From NCBI GenBank assembly GCA_047495785.1, contig JBLDXI010000003.1:2046001-2110000 (forward strand): 64,000 nucleotides of DNA, given 5' to 3'. Origin of the DNA: Lepidodermella squamata. Its lineage: Eukaryota; Animalia; Gastrotricha. The notes beneath the pieces were generated by a model that made no database searches, was not told where the DNA came from, and saw nothing but the letters and a program-made list of their open reading frames with translations. Positions 1 through 11,251 of the stretch are shown here, piece by piece (position 1 is the first letter of the stretch; each line of letters starts with the position of its first letter). A program made the position numbers and the translations under genes.

Positions 1-1
1 A

Positions 2-1960
2 ATTGGATGTAACACTCCTCAGTTAACTACGAATCGGAAAATTTACCCAAACATATTTCGTACGAGAGCTGGGGGCGAGCCTGTAGCTTACCCTCAGCTC
101 CGCTTCATTCGAGAAGTCGGTAAATGGAACAGATTTGGCATCCTTTCTCTTACTGCAAACGTACTAGACTATACCCTTGCGATTCTAACTGAGAAGGAAG
201 CAATGAAGAACGGTTTTGATGTATCCTTCTTCGATATAGTGCTCGATGTTGATAGCTACACAATCCAGCGCCTCAAGACATCTAATTCTCGAGTAACAAT
301 TTTCCAGGTCACTTTGCCGCCTCTAGTAATCAACTTCCTGTGTCAGACCCACAAATTCGGCATGACTGGGCCTAGATACGTATTCATCCTGCTTTACACC
401 GCCTATCTCGAACCAACAAGCTTGCCGTACAGAATAAGCGATGACTGCACGAGAGACATGGTTTACGAACAGCTTCGATATTCATTCTGGATATCATGGG
501 CTGCAGAGACTGATGAGCCAAATCTTAAAACGACCTTGGGTTATAATCTGGTCGAATTCAATCAGCGATTCGATGCTGCGTTGGGCAACAGAGACCGTCC
601 CGCAGATTACGATCGCAGGCTGTTGTGCCATGACTCCGTCCTTCAAGCTGTTGTAGCGCTTGACAATGCTGAGAAGTTGCTGAGGAAATCCGGGCAAACC
701 ATGATTGACTACAAAGCGAGACCCATGGAGCTGATGAAGATCGTGAACACATCAATGGCACAAGTTGAGTTTTCCGGTCTGCGAATCACAAAGTTCAAAT
801 TCTCGCCACGTGTTGAGTTGGATGATGATGTGTACGTTGTCGTGCAGTGGACATTCGAAACGTTGAGACAGGTTCTTTACACATTTCGCCGCACCCCGAA
901 TGGCGAGGTCTACAACTATTCAAGTTACTCCGATAGAAGACTCCTGATAAAGGCTCAATGGTTCACATCGAATAGCTTACCTCCAAGGGACAACTGGGAT
1001 ATCCTTTCCGTGAAAATATTGACGCCTCCCATCTTCACGTGGGTCATGCTAGCATTGTCAGTCATATCTGGCATTGGCCAAGCCGTAGCTTACGTCTTCT
1101 CCGCTATCCATGACTACGGCAGGTCGACGAATACTATGTACAATGGCGCTGGTCAGACGCCAGTAATATTGCGGATATACCCCGATAAAATTATCGTCTT
1201 TATATCCTGTTTAACATTCAATGTATCTGCAGTTCTTTTCGCCATTGGACACGAAACACTTCACATATGCTTAAGTAAGAGGTTTTTCTTGATAACAGCA
1301 CTGGGCTTGGCTCAAGGAGGCCTTTTCGCGCGTCTGATTTTTCATCGATTCTCAAGATCGAGGCCTGGGTTACAGCCGAATCAAATACTTGTTAGATTAC
1401 CTCGATTCATCCTAATTGGAATAATTCTAATATTGATCCTTTCTTGGAGTTATTTTATCCTATGGAGCCTCATCGACTATCCTCAGATTGTTTTGCGGAG
1501 ATCTGAAAATTACGACCCTATCATTGATTTGCTAACAATTAGCGAATACTCGAGCTGCTCTTCCGAAAGCGATTTGATATGGATTTGCGTCATAGTTGCA
1601 ATTCACGGGTCGGTTTTCGTCGTCGGAGCAGTAACAGTCTACGACTTAAGACGAAGTGTTCATCTGGTAGTGAACCCCGATCTCACTCGCGTGAGATTAG
1701 CCCTGGCAAATACGGTGATTTTATACTTTGCTGGCATTCTGCTTTGCGTTGTCCTGTCGTCCTGGCCTCTTGCTCAGTCGATGTGCATTTCTCTGATTTG
1801 TCTCCTCATTTCAATTGCTACTGGTGGAATAGTATTTTCTTTCCGCTTCGGCCTCATTAATTTAGATACTATGAGGAATTCTACGAGCGGGTGGAGAATG
1901 TCAAGCCAATACAATCGTCGCGAAAGCAATTTTGATTTAGCGGGAATGCCAAACAACTGA
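2..1960 (+). CDS. Class C GPCR, GABA-B-like, subfamily A copy A1 (5' end lies outside the window)
   Basis: The frame is open from base 2 (IGCNTPQLTTNRKIYPNIFRTRAGGEP...) into ORF 203..1960. It has VFT motifs, a WFT-x4-PPRD linker and 7 hydrophobic helices. Closely similar to A2. Confidence 0.9.
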   Translation: MGCNTPQLTTNRKIYPNIFRTRAGGEPVAYPQLRFIREVGKWNRFGILSLTANVLDYTLAILTEKEAMKNGFDVSFFDIVLDVDSYTIQRLKTSNSRVTIFQVTLPPLVINFLCQTHKFGMTGPRYVFILLYTAYLEPTSLPYRISDDCTRDMVYEQLRYSFWISWAAETDEPNLKTTLGYNLVEFNQRFDAALGNRDRPADYDRRLLCHDSVLQAVVALDNAEKLLRKSGQTMIDYKARPMELMKIVNTSMAQVEFSGLRITKFKFSPRVELDDDVYVVVQWTFETLRQVLYTFRRTPNGEVYNYSSYSDRRLLIKAQWFTSNSLPPRDNWDILSVKILTPPIFTWVMLALSVISGIGQAVAYVFSAIHDYGRSTNTMYNGAGQTPVILRIYPDKIIVFISCLTFNVSAVLFAIGHETLHICLSKRFFLITALGLAQGGLFARLIFHRFSRSRPGLQPNQILVRLPRFILIGIILILILSWSYFILWSLIDYPQIVLRRSENYDPIIDLLTISEYSSCSSESDLIWICVIVAIHGSVFVVGAVTVYDLRRSVHLVVNPDLTRVRLALANTVILYFAGILLCVVLSSWPLAQSMCISLICLLISIATGGIVFSFRFGLINLDTMRNSTSGWRMSSQYNRRESNFDLAGMPNN

Positions 1961-2856
1961 AATCGTGATTTTGTTTACCAAAAGACCATGCAATCAGTAA
2001 AAATTATGAAATCTTAGGCTCCTCTTTAATTGTCGGACTCTTTTCTTAAAATTAGGAATTTTCAGAGAACATAAGTTAAACTTGCTCCGAAACTTCAAAT
2101 ATTTTTTGATAATTCTTAATTCGATAGGTCTAGAGTACAGTACGTCTGCAATTCTCGTGATAATCAAAGCAAAAAAGTGGCAATGAAGTCGCCATTATTT
2201 TTCAGGAAAATGCTAGTTTGCGTCAAGTTCTGGCAATAGCTGGATTCATGGCAAAAATCATTCTTGGTAACTTGATCTAAGAGAGACCATTTAAAAATTG
2301 CCCCCGATGTTTGACAAGCTGAAACTTGAGAATTCATCGAGTTGGCACAGATCATTGAAAATGAATCTGAAAGTATGGGGTATTCTTCAGCTCGTGTCAT
2401 CTTTCAACTGGAGCATTTTTCATCGCGGTTTCGCTCTTTTGATCACATGCTTTGCAAAGAGCTAAGAATAGGGCGTCACTTTTGAATCACGCTAAACCAC
2501 AATCTGAACTAATTTCAGTAAAACACGCTAATTCCGCAAGCTTCTAGTATTTCCAGCCTTTCGCCCTCTGGAAATATCTTAACCGGTGCTCATTGGCTTC
2601 ATGAGACAGTGATGCTTGAGAAATGCGAATAAGACCTTTAGAGCTATGTCCACTGGGGTCGCGTTATACGGAGCCATTTCTTTGACCCCACAGCATAGAG
2701 CACAGAGCTAAGTCCAGACAAAAAATGAATGCTCACCTACAATAAAACCCAAGCAAGTTTTATTTGATCAAGCTCGGGGGAGTATTGCATTTCATCTGAT
2801 CTCATCCCATCGCGTCACTGAAGTGTCAACTTCCACATCGCTATTCGCCGGGATTA

Positions 2857-3302
2857 TCACCAGTCTTCATCGGTGGAAGGTGCAGCTGGAGGTCTATTAG
2901 GAACCTTGATAAAGTGATATCCATTGTTGTCTAGCTTCTTGATATTGGCACAAGATGACAGTAGGTAGCACCTCGATTGATATGTTGACAGCCACGAATG
3001 GATGAATGTGATGGCTTTACAGTTGGGATTCGCATCGCAGAGTTTCTGGCATCTCTCTGTACTCATCCAGTTCTGATCAGTGTAGAAAATTCGCTGGATC
3101 TGGTTCCCCACACTTTCGTACCTCCAGTCTGTTCCCCGAACTGCTCGACATTCGCCTGGAATAACCTGGTCGTAGTCTGTGCAGAGTCAAGAATAAAGAA
3201 ATAACTTTAATGTCGAATTACTTTCTGGTGAAAAAACCTACCCGCCACGCAAAAGCCAGCGAAAACCACCAGGGCAAAGATGCTTACAAGCTTGATAGAC
3301 AT
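2857..3302 (-). CDS. Small secreted PAN/Apple-domain protein (~126 aa, 2 exons: 3302-3242, 3176-2857)
   Basis: Signal peptide MSIKLVSIFALVVFAGFCVA; 65-bp GT-AG intron 3241-3177. Cys pattern C...CQKLC-x5-CKAITF...CYLL is typical of PAN. AATAAA on the minus strand at ~2758-2763. Confidence 0.75.
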
Positions 3303-5089
3303 GGCTCGAGTTTAATGAAAGTGAATGTCGGAAATGAAGAGAGAGGTGTTAAATTTGGTTCGAAAAATATGCAATTAGCGCGAAAATTTATAGGCATTTT
3401 TGCACGAAAATAGCAACGAAAATTGTCAAAGCTAACAAACACCTACGACGGCAAAAAAACCAGGCAGCTGAAACAATGCGGCATAAGCTATCCGCTCGCC
3501 CTTAATTCGATAGGCTTTGTTAAATAGCCAAAAGGAAATTTTTTGGCAAACTTAGTTACTATAATATTCTATTCTAAAAGTTGATAAGAGCTGACGGAGG
3601 TGAAGTGAAGCTGAGAACCTTGCAGCAGCTGGAACTACAAACGGAGAGGTTCTCTATAGGCTATTACGGCAGCGTTGTTTTAACGATGCGATCACCAACC
3701 ATTATTTTAACTATGTTTTAATCTATTTTTAGAATCATTGCGCAGATATTCATATATTCATATTTCAAATATGTTAACCTTTAACCTGACAGACGTTTGG
3801 ACAAACCAACATAGCAAAACCGAAAATTGATGTGAAACCGATCAAAACCATTCTGGATGGCTCAATGCTTTTCATGAAACAAATCGACAAGCTTCGAAAT
3901 ATGGCGAAGGGTGGTGACCTTTGGCACTGCGCCAAGCTGGTAAGATCAAACGCAATTCCCCGATAGGTATTACACCGTTGTAACGAGCAGTCATAACGGG
4001 ATACTTATATAATCATAGATCATAGGATAAGCTTTCGAATTCAAACCAAACTCCATCCTATCCCCGCCCATGATCAAAATCCAAGTTGTGTAAGATGGCT
4101 TTCATCGCCCAGACTCGACTGGTTCTCAATTTACTCAACCCTGGTTTATTCCGAACTCGATAGTGAGAAGGACCACTTGCAGCTAAGCAAGTCAATTCAT
4201 TCGAAATGGCTAGAATTCTACTGGAAGAATTTGATGCTTTTAAGTTTCAAACAGAAGTTACGCGAAGTGAATACCTTCGTAGAGTTGTCATATTCGCAAA
4301 TCAAAATCGTAATCTTGATATGCTGCAATCTTGGGTAGCCAAAGGTGCTTGTTTCGTTTTACGAAATGACGAAACTACCACAAAAACTCAAACAACTTCA
4401 AAGTTCAGTGTTTTTATCACACGCGTTGATCCCGTGGGCACGTGTGACCTTTGTCCTGCAAAACAGGAGTATAATGACTTAAGAAATATGAATTTTAAGA
4501 AATATACAGGCCGAATTAATGCGACAAACAGTGAAAACAGTGAAATGGAAACAAATGGCGTAAGGCCTAATCCATTTGATGTGCGAGAGAAACTGGCGTT
4601 CAGCTTTTTTCTAGCGATGAAGCACGCGATTGATATGCATATATATTATAGTATATATACAGGTAGTTAGTTTTACGTCATTTACTTCTATTTCCGGCGC
4701 AATCTTGTGGCGCCCAAGTCGAGATATACCTTGATACTGAGGTCTGCGGTACCTGAAAGTCGGTACTAATTATGTTAATGAGATCAAGGAACACCGTCAT
4801 CAATTCATCTACGTGTTTTGAGAGCTATTTGATGATTAGCGAGCGTCATTCAATTATCCACACCGGCTTGAATTTCGTTTAATCAAACCGTCCTGCAGCG
4901 TCGTCTTCGGATGTCTGGTATTTATCCTTTTAGTTTTTCGAGTACAATTTCAAAGATTGTAGTGTTCTCGTCAACTCCTAATGACGAAACCTCAATATTG
5001 ACAGATAATTAGCTGGAGTCTGGAGTGGCATTCTACATAAAGTATGCGATTGCTTATAGATTCCTCTAGCTGAGCAAGATAAATTTTGC

Positions 5090-7438
5090 ATGGATATTCA
5101 GATCGTCCTCGTCCTTATACTAACGTCAGCCTTTATTCCGCTGAGCGATGAAAAGAAGTCTAATGCCCTCTCAATGCTCGTTTTCATACCAATATCTGGA
5201 GATGAACCGAGGATTGGCGAAGCCTGCAAATTGGCCTCACAGCTCGCGATCGACGAAGTGAACAGTAGAGTCGATATCCTACCTGATTATGACATCGACC
5301 CTCTCTATCGCGACGAAGGTCCAGGCGGCTCTCTATCAGCTAGTGTAACGGTCCAGTTTCACCGAGGTTTGGAAAATGAGTCCTATTTCCAAAATACGTC
5401 CTTGCTTAAAAGCCCAGTGATGATAGGACCATTCTATTCTGGAGGCTGCAAGGCTACTTCTCCTATTGTATCGCATCTCTTCATGTCTCACATTGCAATA
5501 GGATGTAACACTCCGCAACTTACAGCGAACAGAGTCATCTATCCTAATATATTCAGGACCCGGGCCGGCGGAGAACCCGTTGTCTTCCCTCAGCTTCACT
5601 TCATTCGAGATGTGGGAAAGTGGAACAGATTTGGCATCCTTTCCCTGACGGCAAACGTTTTGGACTATACACTAGCAATACTCATGGAAAAAGAGGCCCA
5701 GAAAAATGGCTTCAATCTTTCTTTCTTCGACATAGTAATCGACGTCGACAGCCTAGTGGTGCAGGGACTAAAAGATTCTGGAACTCGTGTTACTGTTTTC
5801 CAAGCATCTATGCCACCTCTAGTAATCAAATTCCTGTGTCAGACCCACAAATTCGGCATGACTGGGCCCAGATATGTGTTCATTCTACTCTACACCGCTT
5901 ATCTCGAACCAACAAGCTTGCCGTACAGAATAAGCGATGACTGCACGAGAGACATGGTTTACGAACAGCTTCGATATTCATTCTGGATATCATGGGCTGC
6001 AGAGACCGATGAGCCGAATCTGAAAACGACCTTGGATTATAATCTGGTTGAATTCAATCAGCGATTCGATGCTGCGTTGGGCAACAGAGACCGCCCAGCA
6101 GATTACGATCGCAGGCTGTTGTGTCATGACTCCGTCCTTCAAGCTGTTGTAGCTCTTGACAACGCTGAGAAGTTGTTGAGGAAATCAGGACAAACCATGA
6201 TGGACTACAAAACGAGACCTATAGAGCTCATGAAGATCGTGAATACGTCAATGGCACAGGTTGAGTTTTCGGGTCTGCGAATCTCCAAGTTCAAATTTTC
6301 TCCACGCGTTGAGTTGGATGATGATGTGTACGTAGTCGTGCAGTGGACATTTGATACCTTGCGGCAGGTACTCAGCACTTACCGACGAACTGCAAATTCT
6401 CCTGTCTACAACTACTCAAGCTATTCTGATCGGAGACCTTTAAATGCGCCGCGTTGGTTCACTTCAAACAGATCGCCACCGAAGGATAACTGGAAGGTAT
6501 CGAGAGAAAACATCACTATAAATCGAATTTTCACTTGGCTGATTGTTGCTCTAAGTTTGATATCAAGCACTGTCCAGGTCTTTGCGTATGCTTTCGCAAC
6601 TATTCATGACTATAATCGTATCATGGCCGCCAATGGCGTGAATAAGCGTAGACTTCTCAGAATTCCTCTTGATAAGCTGTTTACTCTAATCGCTTGCATT
6701 TTTTTAAACATGTCTGCTGGACTTTTTGCTGGCGGTGATGAATCCTCGGAAAATTGTTCCGCGAAACGTTTCTTTCTTATAACGGCATTCGGAATCATTC
6801 AAAGTTCGTTATTTGGCCGCTTGCTTCTCCATCGCCGTTCGATGTCAAGAATAGGGGCGAAACCTGTTGATGATCTTCGAAGACAGAATAATTTGTTGAG
6901 CCGAGTCCTTATCTCATCATTAATGTTGTCGTGGACCTATTTCCTAATTTGGCTCCTCGCCAAACCGGTAGAATATTTGATAAGGACATCGGAAACGTAT
7001 GATCCAATGGCTGATGTGCTTACAATAAGCGAGCACAGTTACTGCTCATCACCCAGTGATTTAATACTTCTAGGCTTCATTTGCGTAATTCACGGCATTT
7101 TATTCATTTTCGGCGCTTTCAACATCTACGAACTGGGTAGGATACCGCACCTGGCCAGTAATCCGGAGATCAATAGAGTAAGGTTAGCTCTAGCTAACAC
7201 CACAATCTTATACTTTGCCTGTGTTATGATTTGCGTTGTACTCGGCGCTTGGCCTATAGCTCAATCAATTTGCATATCAGTCATTTGTCTGCTGATTTCC
7301 GCAGCAACTAGTGCGATAATTTTCTCTTTGCGATTATCGAATAGCATCCCAGCTGTATTTAGGTTACAACGGCAAGTTGGTCGCATTATTGGCAATATTG
7401 ATTTTACTATTGTGAACAAAGCAATAAGGCGATTTTAA
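5090..7438 (+). CDS. Class C GPCR, GABA-B-like, copy A2 (782 aa, intronless)
   Basis: Signal peptide. GEACKLASQLAIDEVNSRVDILPDY closely matches GABA-B1 [25 protein letters not shown]. Also YPNIFRT, FLC..HKFGMTG.RY and WFTSNRSPPKD motifs, 7 TM, no Cys-rich domain. Confidence 0.93.
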   Translation: MDIQIVLVLILTSAFIPLSDEKKSNALSMLVFIPISGDEPRIGEACKLASQLAIDEVNSRVDILPDYDIDPLYRDEGPGGSLSASVTVQFHRGLENESYFQNTSLLKSPVMIGPFYSGGCKATSPIVSHLFMSHIAIGCNTPQLTANRVIYPNIFRTRAGGEPVVFPQLHFIRDVGKWNRFGILSLTANVLDYTLAILMEKEAQKNGFNLSFFDIVIDVDSLVVQGLKDSGTRVTVFQASMPPLVIKFLCQTHKFGMTGPRYVFILLYTAYLEPTSLPYRISDDCTRDMVYEQLRYSFWISWAAETDEPNLKTTLDYNLVEFNQRFDAALGNRDRPADYDRRLLCHDSVLQAVVALDNAEKLLRKSGQTMMDYKTRPIELMKIVNTSMAQVEFSGLRISKFKFSPRVELDDDVYVVVQWTFDTLRQVLSTYRRTANSPVYNYSSYSDRRPLNAPRWFTSNRSPPKDNWKVSRENITINRIFTWLIVALSLISSTVQVFAYAFATIHDYNRIMAANGVNKRRLLRIPLDKLFTLIACIFLNMSAGLFAGGDESSENCSAKRFFLITAFGIIQSSLFGRLLLHRRSMSRIGAKPVDDLRRQNNLLSRVLISSLMLSWTYFLIWLLAKPVEYLIRTSETYDPMADVLTISEHSYCSSPSDLILLGFICVIHGILFIFGAFNIYELGRIPHLASNPEINRVRLALANTTILYFACVMICVVLGAWPIAQSICISVICLLISAATSAIIFSLRLSNSIPAVFRLQRQVGRIIGNIDFTIVNKAIRRF

Positions 7439-7637
7439 GCTGCTGAAATTAATCCTGATCGCGTTTCTAATTTGTGAACTCTGAATTAAAGGAGATTATT
7501 TATGAATCAGGCAGCTTTCAGTTCTAATTGATCCTCGGTCATAGTTGAATCTTTACTTTACTTCATTATTATTACTTCTCCGCCAAAGTTTTCATTAGTC
7601 TAAGCAATTCGTCCGTATGTCCGAAATGTTCCATATC

Positions 7638-10091
7638 TTAGATTGGTGCTTGCGATTTGTGAGGCAGAAAGGAGCCGTGGCGGTCAATCGGTGCAACTAC
7701 GGACGGACGTCTGAGATCAACAGCTGTAATCGTCGATGAATCCGCCGAAATCGATGACTCTCCACGACAGAAAAGACTGATCTGAATAACACCAGTGATC
7801 AAAATTAAGGTAGAAGAAATCGCAATAAGTTGGGAAATAGGGTTCGTAAGTATAGCAACCACGAAAATGCAAGTCAGAAACAGCATCGAGGTGTTGAAAT
7901 GTGCTAAGCTAACTGAAACTTGAAAAGAAGTTTTTTCCACACTTTTGAGTGATATGAGGACGATAAGCTCAGTAAAGATAATGAATCCATTGATACCAAC
8001 CGCAATCGAAATGAAAATGCTTTCGAACTCGGAATTGCAGGAAAAACTGTTGTAACTGTAAAACACATCAGAGGCTTCATCGTAAAACGAAATGGTGTGA
8101 TCCCACGAGAGATTTCTCTGGTGATACGGCTGAGAAATCGCAAGCCAGATAATCAGGAAAACAATTGCCAGACTGAAAGATGCTATTGATGAAGTGATAA
8201 GGATTGATTTAGGACTTCTTGCCGTCGTTGCAGCGCGAGACTGAGTTCTTGAATGATGAGAGTTTGCTCTTTTCCTCTGACCCGCATTCGATAGAGTTCG
8301 TCGTCTTTTGTTGTAAACAGACATAGGTTTCATCGTTAGATCATGTCTTGTTCTGCTGAATCTTTGTTTTGATAGAGCTATCAGATTCATTATGAATGGC
8401 CCTTGAAGCAAGGAGAAGCCCAAAATGATAAATATCCTCTGGCACATGCAAATTGCAGCATTACCCGAATTAACGATAGGATACGCGTAGATAACACTTG
8501 AAATGTTGAGAAGGATGGTTCCCGCCATTAGAATGCCACCACAAACACAATACATGAATCTTTCCTCATGTTCCAATGGGTCACTTTTCAAAAGGTTTCG
8601 CCATGTTCCTGCCACGCTGATAACTGTGATGAACGATGCTATTCCGAAAACCGACCAGAAGAAGCCAACAGGAATTGAGACGGACGCTACCTCAATTACA
8701 CGTGAATCCAACGGAGGCTTTTTGTCGCGGGTAAACCATAGCGGTTCATCGTTTTTTCGAGAAAAGTAGCTTGAAAAAGAGTAAGCCGAGTAGTTACCTC
8801 CCTTCAGGTTGTAAGAGTAAAGGGTCTTTCTACCTGTTGCTTGAGTCCATTGAATAGCAACTTGAAGGTCATCATCAAGCTCTAGTCTTTTCGAATATTT
8901 GAACCTGCCAACTCTCAGGCCAATGAAGTCACTTTCAGCGATAGAGTTGTTCACGACCTTCATTACGTCACCGGGTTTTGATTGATAGTCACTGAGAGTA
9001 AGGTTAAGGGACTTCAACTGTTTCTCAGCCCGATCAAGAGCTAACACAGCTTCAAGGACCGTATCATGACAAGGAGCTCTTCTATCGAAATCTGCGGGAA
9101 TTACATTACCAGACCCCTTCATGAATTCAGCATCGAACTCAGGCAGGTTATAGCCCAAAGACGTTATCGAAGCTACGTCTTCATTCGTTGCAGACATTGC
9201 GATCCAAAAAGATATCTTCAGTTGTTCGTAGACCATCTCCCGGGTACATCCAGGTAGAACGATAGAGCCAAGCCCAGATGGCTCGAAATACGACCCATAA
9301 TACAGAATGAAGCTGTATCTACCCCCAGTAATTCCGTATTTGTAAGTTAGACATAGAAATTTCAGAATTAGCTGGAGCATTGAGATATCGAGAGCGACTA
9401 CTCGGACGTCGGTTTGTTTCATAGCGATAATCACTGCATCTGTGACATCTGCTACAACGTCGAAGTAAACAACGTGGAAACCGTTGTTTTGAGCTTCATT
9501 GACTAAAGTCGTAGCCATTGTTGTATCGAAAACGTTGTTTGCATTGGTGAGAATGCCAAATTTGTTCCATTTACCGACTTCTCGCATGAAAAGGAGTTGC
9601 GGATAGGAGATGAGCTCTGCTGAAACTCGGGTGCGGTACAAATTGGGGTAACGCTTTCGATTTGCAGTTAGCAGTGGAGTTCCACATCCTATAGTAAGTT
9701 CAATCATGTTGAGATGGTGAACAAAACCACCCAAAGCCACGCATCCACCTGAAGAATAGGGTCCAATCATTATAGGAGACATCACGGAGTCAGTGCTCTT
9801 CTTCGCCTCGAAGGAATTGCGAAAATCAGTCGTTTTCTTTATTGCTTGGCTACTCTGAGGTCCTTCATCTTGAATGATCATTTTGACGCGGTAGTCTGGC
9901 AGGATTTCCGTTCGAGAGTTGATTTTATCTATAACCATCTGACAGGCGAGTCGGCAGCCGGTACCATTTCTCGGCTCGTCACCTGTTATTGGAAGTAGTA
10001 CAAGCATCGATATCTCTTTTAGCTTCGTCTCTTCAGCTGAAGCGAGCAATACGACAAGCGAGAATATTAAGTGCAAGGTTTGGATTGTCAT
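7638..10091 (-). CDS. Class C GPCR, GABA-B-like, copy A3 (intronless; likely start MTIQTL at 10091)
   Basis: ORF 7638..10184; the signal peptide begins at the ATG at 10091. PITGDEPR, DEGP, YPNLYRTR and CHD motifs, 7 TM, long basic ICL2. Confidence 0.92.
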   Translation of the reverse strand: MTIQTLHLIFSLVVLLASAEETKLKEISMLVLLPITGDEPRNGTGCRLACQMVIDKINSRTEILPDYRVKMIIQDEGPQSSQAIKKTTDFRNSFEAKKSTDSVMSPIMIGPYSSGGCVALGGFVHHLNMIELTIGCGTPLLTANRKRYPNLYRTRVSAELISYPQLLFMREVGKWNKFGILTNANNVFDTTMATTLVNEAQNNGFHVVYFDVVADVTDAVIIAMKQTDVRVVALDISMLQLILKFLCLTYKYGITGGRYSFILYYGSYFEPSGLGSIVLPGCTREMVYEQLKISFWIAMSATNEDVASITSLGYNLPEFDAEFMKGSGNVIPADFDRRAPCHDTVLEAVLALDRAEKQLKSLNLTLSDYQSKPGDVMKVVNNSIAESDFIGLRVGRFKYSKRLELDDDLQVAIQWTQATGRKTLYSYNLKGGNYSAYSFSSYFSRKNDEPLWFTRDKKPPLDSRVIEVASVSIPVGFFWSVFGIASFITVISVAGTWRNLLKSDPLEHEERFMYCVCGGILMAGTILLNISSVIYAYPIVNSGNAAICMCQRIFIILGFSLLQGPFIMNLIALSKQRFSRTRHDLTMKPMSVYNKRRRTLSNAGQRKRANSHHSRTQSRAATTARSPKSILITSSIASFSLAIVFLIIWLAISQPYHQRNLSWDHTISFYDEASDVFYSYNSFSCNSEFESIFISIAVGINGFIIFTELIVLISLKSVEKTSFQVSVSLAHFNTSMLFLTCIFVVAILTNPISQLIAISSTLILITGVIQISLFCRGESSISADSSTITAVDLRRPSVVAPIDRHGSFLPHKSQAPI

Positions 10092-11251
10092 CCTGATCCT
10101 ACTCGAAAATATTAATCTTGATCTTTTTGTCATCAGTCGACTGATTTTTAAAGTGCGGAAATATTTCCAAGAAACAGTAAACATTTTAACATGATCGAAT
10201 TACATCCTGAGGGCGTCCTCGTGGCGCAGACCACTCATCTCCCCACTTGCATTAATTAACTCTTGCCAAGGAAATGGTTCTTGCGATGATTGCTAACCAC
10301 GTGTTTACTAAGGGGCGATTGATGACGTCTGTGAAGTGGCTAATTGAACTTCTTCGCTTATTTACGCTAGCTGGATCTTGCAGACTTTGTCACATTTCAA
10401 AAATGCTTGCTCGGACTAAGTGCAAATGGACTGGAAAGGAAGTGAAATAAGAAAATACCCGGGGATTAGAATTACCAGTATTACTAAAGAAGCGCGATAT
10501 TATAATGCTAGATATAGCAAAAGTGCAGATTTTTTTAGAAAATCAGATTTTTGTGCTTCACCTTCGTCGCCATTTGTTTCCATTCGGTGATTTTGGACTA
10601 GTCCTTGAAAAGTATTTTTTCATTGTTCGCCAAATTTAGTTATAATTTGGGTACCTCCTCAGCCAATTATAATCTCACAGGAGTCGTTTCCAGCATTAAT
10701 TCATTTCGTCTATATTTGCACTAGATTTTCCATTATTCTCAAGGATTTTCACATCTTCATTATTCCTTCCCTTGATATTCTCAGGTTTTATCAGAAATCG
10801 GTGCGCACGGCTGAAGTAATTTGCTGAATTGAATCTTAAAATAGTTAACACGAGCTAACGGGCTTGGGCTATTTTTAGTTCGGGTTCCAAAAAACTCGAG
10901 CAGGCTAGGGAATTCCGTGAATTTAAAGTGGCAATGTCTGTTTCATCTTTCCAACATTTTGTCCTGGAAATTCAGGAAACTTGAATTTTCGCGCAATTCA
11001 GAATAAAAGAATATTCCAAGAGGCTTGAATGCGTTCCTTTAGAAGGACACATAAGCCCTTGATGAAGGTTTGAAGGTTTGAAGATGTCAACAACTCAAAT
11101 AGATGAATAAAGATCATACCGTTGTAGACATCCAGAGCTTCTTGAGCGAAGCATGAACAAGATTTACCTCTACGTACCGATAGGGAGTTGATTATTGTTT
11201 TTATTCTCAAATTGTTCCTTCTCTTAATCACCTGATGAGTCATTTTCAAAT

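Noticed and set aside
3600-4670. ORF 4206..4670 (154 aa) and an overlapping open frame ~3967-4338
   Set aside because: No recognisable motif or consistent splice model; possibly a decayed gene or TE fragment.
10092-10184. N-terminal ORF extensions of A3 (also A7 36626-36739, B2 53252-53278, A5 17315-17599)
   Set aside because: Signal peptides and paralogue alignment point to downstream ATGs.
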